DNA of 64,000 bases from Azolla caroliniana (lineage: Eukaryota > Plantae > Polypodiophyta), in contig JBHGNT010000002.1 of the NCBI GenBank assembly GCA_043228905.1, forward strand, positions 4,402,001 to 4,466,000, written 5' to 3'. A program made the translations under genes and the position numbers. Below, one piece after another: positions 59,485 through 64,000 of this stretch; position 1 is the stretch's first letter, and the number at the start of each line of letters is the position of its first letter. The notes below the pieces were generated by a model, which ran no database searches, had not been told where the DNA came from, and worked only from the letters and a program-made list of their open reading frames with translations.

Positions 59485-59509
59485 TGTTTCCACTCGCATG
59501 CTTTTATCC
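59485..59509 (-). repeat. Right TIR
   Basis: Followed by GTGT (59510-59513). Confidence 0.85.
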
Positions 59510-59630
59510 GTGTATGCTTTGTGCTTGATATACAAGGTTTAGGGTTCAAGTCCCTCAATTTTACTTAATACAATATTTAAGTTTATTCTTGTATAGTGAA
59601 GCACATTCTTGACAACATTTCTAAACACAA

Positions 59631-59688
59631 ATAGCCTAGTGGTATATACATTGTGCTTGGTTTATAAGGTTGTGGGTTCAAGTGTTGG
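59631..59688 (+). promoter_or_regulatory. Degenerate tRNA-like A/B boxes (second tandem copy) in the split LTR
   Basis: TAGCCTAGTGG ... GGGTTCAAGT. The first copy is split by the TIR element (16984-16997 plus 59514-59555). Confidence 0.5.
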
Positions 59689-59750
59689 AAATATTACTGA
59701 ATTCAATATTTAAATTTATTTTTATATCGTAAAGCAAATCCTTCACGACA

Positions 59751-60491
59751 CCAGTCTCCATACATTTGAATGTACGACATCCAAGATCCCTTGGCTCACA
59801 TTCTGCTCTTTTAGGGATGGATGTCGGCGTTTCTTTCCGAACTGGCACGCTTCACATATGCCCGTAATCTCCTTCGTGGTAAAATTCGGGAGTCCGATTA
59901 CAACTCCTTTCGATTGTATGTTCTGAAGCTTCTGGAGATTGATGTGACCAATTCTCTTGTGCCACAGGTTTAGGTTGGTTTCGACTTTGAGGCCCTTTGC
60001 AAACATCACCGATTTTACTTCGTTCGATTCGAGGATAAACATACAGCCTTCTCATCGATCGTGGGCTACGACTTGTTCGCCCCTTTCAATGAAACACCCG
60101 TCGTTGTTGAATCGTACTTGCATTCCTTGTTCGACAATCTGACCAACCGAGACCAAGTTTTTCGTGATGGTAGGGACATGCAATACGTTCTTGAGATAGG
60201 TTTGTTTGTCGTTGTTTCCAAATGGGACGTTCCCGATATGCTATATTGGATAAGTCGTGTCATCGCTTGTCTTGACATATCCGGGTCGTTCCGGTTTTCG
60301 TAATTCTCGAAACCTATCTTCATCAGACGTCATGTGGTTAGATGCTCCCGAGTCAACAAACCATACGTTATTGGAGGCGGAGGCACTAGTTGAGGCCTGT
60401 GCTAACATTGAGTGTGCTTCGTGCCTCATTACGAACATTCTGCCAAGGTCGCCGGAGTAAGAATTCGTGGCATAATTTGTACACATTCCGC
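59751..60491 (-). pseudogene. Copia protease/GAG-pre-integrase fragment (related to 22805..31449), the basal host of the nest
   Basis: WFVDSGASNHMTS, LWHKRIGHINLQKL, CEACQFGK, VHSNVW. Confidence 0.85.
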
Positions 60492-63400
60492 TGTCGTGCC
60501 CTTCGGCTCCGGATCGTTGCGTGAGTCGGGTGGGAACCGCCGAGGTTTTGGACTAGGAGGAAGAGGAATACAACTTAAGGCTAGTTATGAATAATAGGAA
60601 GAGAAGTAAGATAGTAATCTCGTGAATCCCACGAGTTTAGTGTATTTTAAAACAATATTTAGATTATAAGAGTAATTTAGATGGCAAAATTCGTGAATCC
60701 CACGAATGTATTAGATTGATCAAAAAACTTGTATATTAATCAACAACCATATACATATTTTTCTCCTCCTTATATAAAGATGGAAGAGGCTAAGCATGGC
60801 TTCATGCTTTTTCACCTAAAGTGCCCATGCACACTAAATGTGCATGTGATGTTTTGTCATTTCCTAAATATAGGGCTCGTGCACGCTAGATGTGCATGAG
60901 TCACTTTTAATGTCACGTGTAAATAAAATATTCACACTCTAAAGAATACATGATTTTTACCTTTTAATAAAGGTATGTGTAAATAAAGGTCTTATACGTA
61001 TTAAATCTATATTTATAACACTAAAGATAAGTTATTACAATGGTAAAGTTGGGGTTTATCTACGTGGAGGTGCATGGTTCGAATCCTACCCTATGCATGT
61101 GATAAATTCTTTTGATATATTATTTATTTATTTATATGTATCTAAATTCAGATATATTATTTTATGGTTTTCACGTAGTGTGTGGAATACACTACGACAC
61201 TCGCCCCCTCCGAACCCGCACATCCTCCGGTATGTGCCAAAGTTCTCGATTCCCCATATCCGTCTTCACCCAAAGCTTCCTTCGATTCTCCCCTTATGTC
61301 GACTATGAGTTGTAATTCACGTTCTTCGCTTCCCGCATTCCCGTGGTCTTCGTCTGATTGCTCCTCGTAGTCGGCCTTGGCTTGGATCACATAGGGTTTG
61401 TCGTCGGTCCGCTTCTTGAAAATCTTCACCCGCTTCCCGGCTATAGGCACTCGTAGTATTGTTCCATCCAACTCGGACAGTCGGTACGTTCCGTTGTCGA
61501 AGACTTTCCGAACCTCGTATGGCCCGAACCACCTTTTCGCGAATTTCCGCATCGTTGTATGTTGATGGTCCAAACTACTGTCATAGACGATCACCCAGTC
61601 TCCTTCTTCAATCCTCCTCGGTCGTAGTCGGTGCTTTGTGTCGAACCGGCTTTTGTTCCTTAATCGTGCTTCTTGTTGTCGGCGTATTGCTTCCGCTATG
61701 TCTGCCGGTCTTCCCTCTAGTTGTCGTATCCGGACCGCTAGTAGTTCTTCCCGGCTCATCTCTTCCTTCCACGGTAGCACTGTCCATGTTGCGATCGCGG
61801 TTTCCGTCGGCATTACCGGTGCTTGTCCGGTCATGAGTTCTGCCGGCATGTAACCGGTTATGGAGCTATGCGTCGTCCGATCCGCCCATAGTGCATACGG
61901 AAGCATCTGCGGCCAGTCCTTCACCTTTCCATCGCATGCCTTCGCAAGTGCTTTTACGATCGGACTATGTCCTCGTTCGATTTTCCCGTTGGCCTCCGGA
62001 TTGTATACCGTTGTCAGCGATAACCGAACTCCGTGTTTGGCGAAGAATCCCCTAGCTTTGTCCGAGTCGAGTTCTCCCCGGTCTGCAATCACTTGTCCTA
62101 CGCACCCGTACCTGCAAAATACTTCCTCCAAAAGAAATTGGCATACCGCGGAACACGTTTTCCTCTGAAGCGCTCGACCTTCTACTTGATTCGTGAGATC
62201 TTCCTGAGCTAATACCAAGTATTTCTTTTGTCCGATCCCGGTCGGCATGGCCACTATGTCAACCATCCACTTGAAGTTGATTGTCGGTGAGAATGTCGGA
62301 TGTAACTCATCTCGATGTCGAACCCCGGAGTAGACTTGACATTTCTCGCAGCTTTCCGTGAACTCCGCGACATCTTTGTACATTTTCTTCCACCAATATT
62401 TTTGCTTGATCTTCACAAATGTTGCCCATGTTCCTCGATGTCCAGCCCAATCGGATTCGTGAAACTCGGACATTATCCGGTCTTGTTGCTCTTTTGTCCC
62501 GACTACTCAAAGTGGTATACCATCCGATCTTTTCGGCGCCCTCCATATTAATCCGTTTTCCAAGAAGAACTTTTGGACTTGCCTCTTCTTCCTTCGGATC
62601 TCGGCTCTTCTTCCTTTATCGTTTGTCGAGTCCTCGGCCTCTTGTAACATCTTTCCGATCATCCAACTTTCTCCCTCATATTCTTCTTCCCGAAATTCTC
62701 GGATTACGTTCACTCGGCATATGTGCTCCGACGCGAAGTAGTCTTCGAAAACTTCTTCATTATCCGATTCGGTTATGTCGTCTCCGAACCGAGCCCTTGA
62801 TAACATATCCGCTACCACGTTTTCCTTCCCCGAGATGTGTCGAACCTCCGGATTAAGCGACTTGACATATGCAACCCACCTTAGCATAGCTACATCTGGT
62901 ATCGTACAACACCGCATCATCCCGAGTATCGGAAGACAATCCGTCTCGATCACCACTTCGGCTCCGATCAAATAATCCCGATCCGATTTTATCGCCGACA
63001 CGACTCCCCACAGTTCTCTTTTGACTTGTGCATATCCACGTTGCCTTTCGTTGAGAACCTTTGCTCCGAATCGGATCGGATACCGCGAACCATCCGAGTC
63101 GGCTTGATTGATGACCCACCCGATACCGGTTGGACTTGTATCAACTGTTACTATGATCGGTCGGTCGTAGCTCGGCTTCTTAAGTGCTTCCGCCCTCCGA
63201 AGTGTCTTCTTCAATTTCTTCATGGCTTTGGTGTGTTCCGGTTTCCATTCGAATTTCTTACCTTTCCGCAACAAGTGGTAGAGCGGGTCCGCTATATGTG
63301 CATAGTGCGGAATCCATATGTGATAGAATGCACATGCACCGAGAAACCTTCGGACTTCGGATGTTGACTCGCATACTTCCTCCATAGCTTGAATCGCATT

Positions 63401-64000
63401 GATCTTTGTTGGTGACGGTCTTCGGCCATAGGGCCCACATAGATGTCCGACCACCAATATTTCTTCTTGCCCGAATGCCGATTTCTCCCCAGAAAGTGTT
63501 AGGTGCACATCTTCTAGCTTTCGCAACACTTTCTCGCAAGCATGAATATGGTCGACCACGAACTTTCGGCATCCCCGATCATCCATAGTCTCATCTTTTT
63601 CTTCGACCGCGCATCCTTTCATCGGAATGTCATCGAGGAACGGCATCATTATCTCCGGAATGCAGTCTCGAAGCACCTTGTTCATCGCGTTCATCATATG
63701 AGCAACCGAGTTTGTCGCTCCTTGTGGTAGTGTGCACATTCGGACTAATCCTATCGGTGTTCGCATGGTTGTGATGTCTCGGCTCTCCACGGCTAGTTGG
63801 AATTGGTCATACCCCGAGTATAGGTCTCCGATGGAGTATATCGCACGACCGGCAAAAGCTTCCGCAAATTCGTCCACTATCGGACCGACTCCCGAGTTCC
63901 GAATCGTGACCTTATTCACCGGTTGCAAGTCTTGGATAAATCGGAGTGACCCATTCTTCTTCGGAACCGTAAACCATCGATTTGAGTACGGAGCAGTTGA
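60492..64000 (-). mobile_element. Gypsy element, 3' part (cut by window end); likely autonomous partner of 23245..26796
   Basis: LTR 60492..61199 is homologous to 23245..23969 (A/B boxes at 61033-61043 and 61076-61086), same PPT region, left flank CCGC. Confidence 0.92.
61157..64000 (-). pseudogene. pol: pol RT-RNaseH-INT with a frameshift near 62500
   Basis: ORFs 62507..63928 (FLDDIPMKG, VKRELWG) and 61157..62473 (ADRGEL, NPEANGKIER, WFGPY). Confidence 0.9.

Larger units (their letters stand above)
16998..59509 (+). mobile_element. Large TIR DNA transposon, Sola2-like (about 9.4 kb net; 42.5 kb with nested inserts)
   Basis: TIRs GGGTGAAAGCATGAGAGTGGAAACA (16998-17022) and TGTTTCCACTCGCATGCTTTTATCC (59485-59509) match at 22/25. 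TSD GTGT on both sides. Internal transposase-like exons, and the same minisatellite throughout. Confidence 0.82.
16539..59750 (-). mobile_element. Gypsy-type solo LTR split in two (16539..16997 and 59514..59750) by the TIR element
   Basis: Ends TGTCG...CGACA with flanks CCGG / CCAG. Removing it rejoins a minus-strand Copia integrase motif VHSNVW..-PAQ (compare SDVWGPAQ in ORF 29256..29456). Contains tRNA-like boxes like the related LTRs. Confidence 0.78.

Overview
Gene-free plant heterochromatin made entirely of nested transposons. The host is probably a seed-free plant such as a moss; this is inferred from a Tcn1-like chromovirus and the Copia/Gypsy types. Target-site duplications (TSDs) allow most of the nesting to be rebuilt. 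A Copia integrase gene (59751-60491, continuing at <=16538) was split by a Gypsy-type solo LTR (16539..59750). That LTR was split by a TIR DNA transposon (16998..59509; 25-bp TIRs, 4-bp TSD GTGT; about 9.4 kb without later inserts). This element has a Sola2-like transposase pseudogene on +. On - it carries spliced cargo with a RING-H2 finger and an FCP1/NIF-like HAD domain, and its introns and spacers are filled with a palindromic TAGCTAATTAGCTA minisatellite. Later inserts are Copia 20288..34285 (containing Copia 22805..31449, which contains a gag-only element 23245..26796), an intact young Copia 35535..40916, and a Gypsy-derived unit 42708..56473 (containing a Copia solo LTR, Gypsy 46232..53265 and two nested solo LTRs). 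Main observations: the cargo-bearing Sola2-like element; antisense tRNA-like Pol III A/B boxes in the LTRs of several Gypsy families; consistent NCGN (CpG-centred) TSDs for that Gypsy lineage; a self-priming chromovirus with a -1 frameshift signal; and an apparent capsid swap between Copia families. All family assignments come from motifs recognised by eye, not from database searches.
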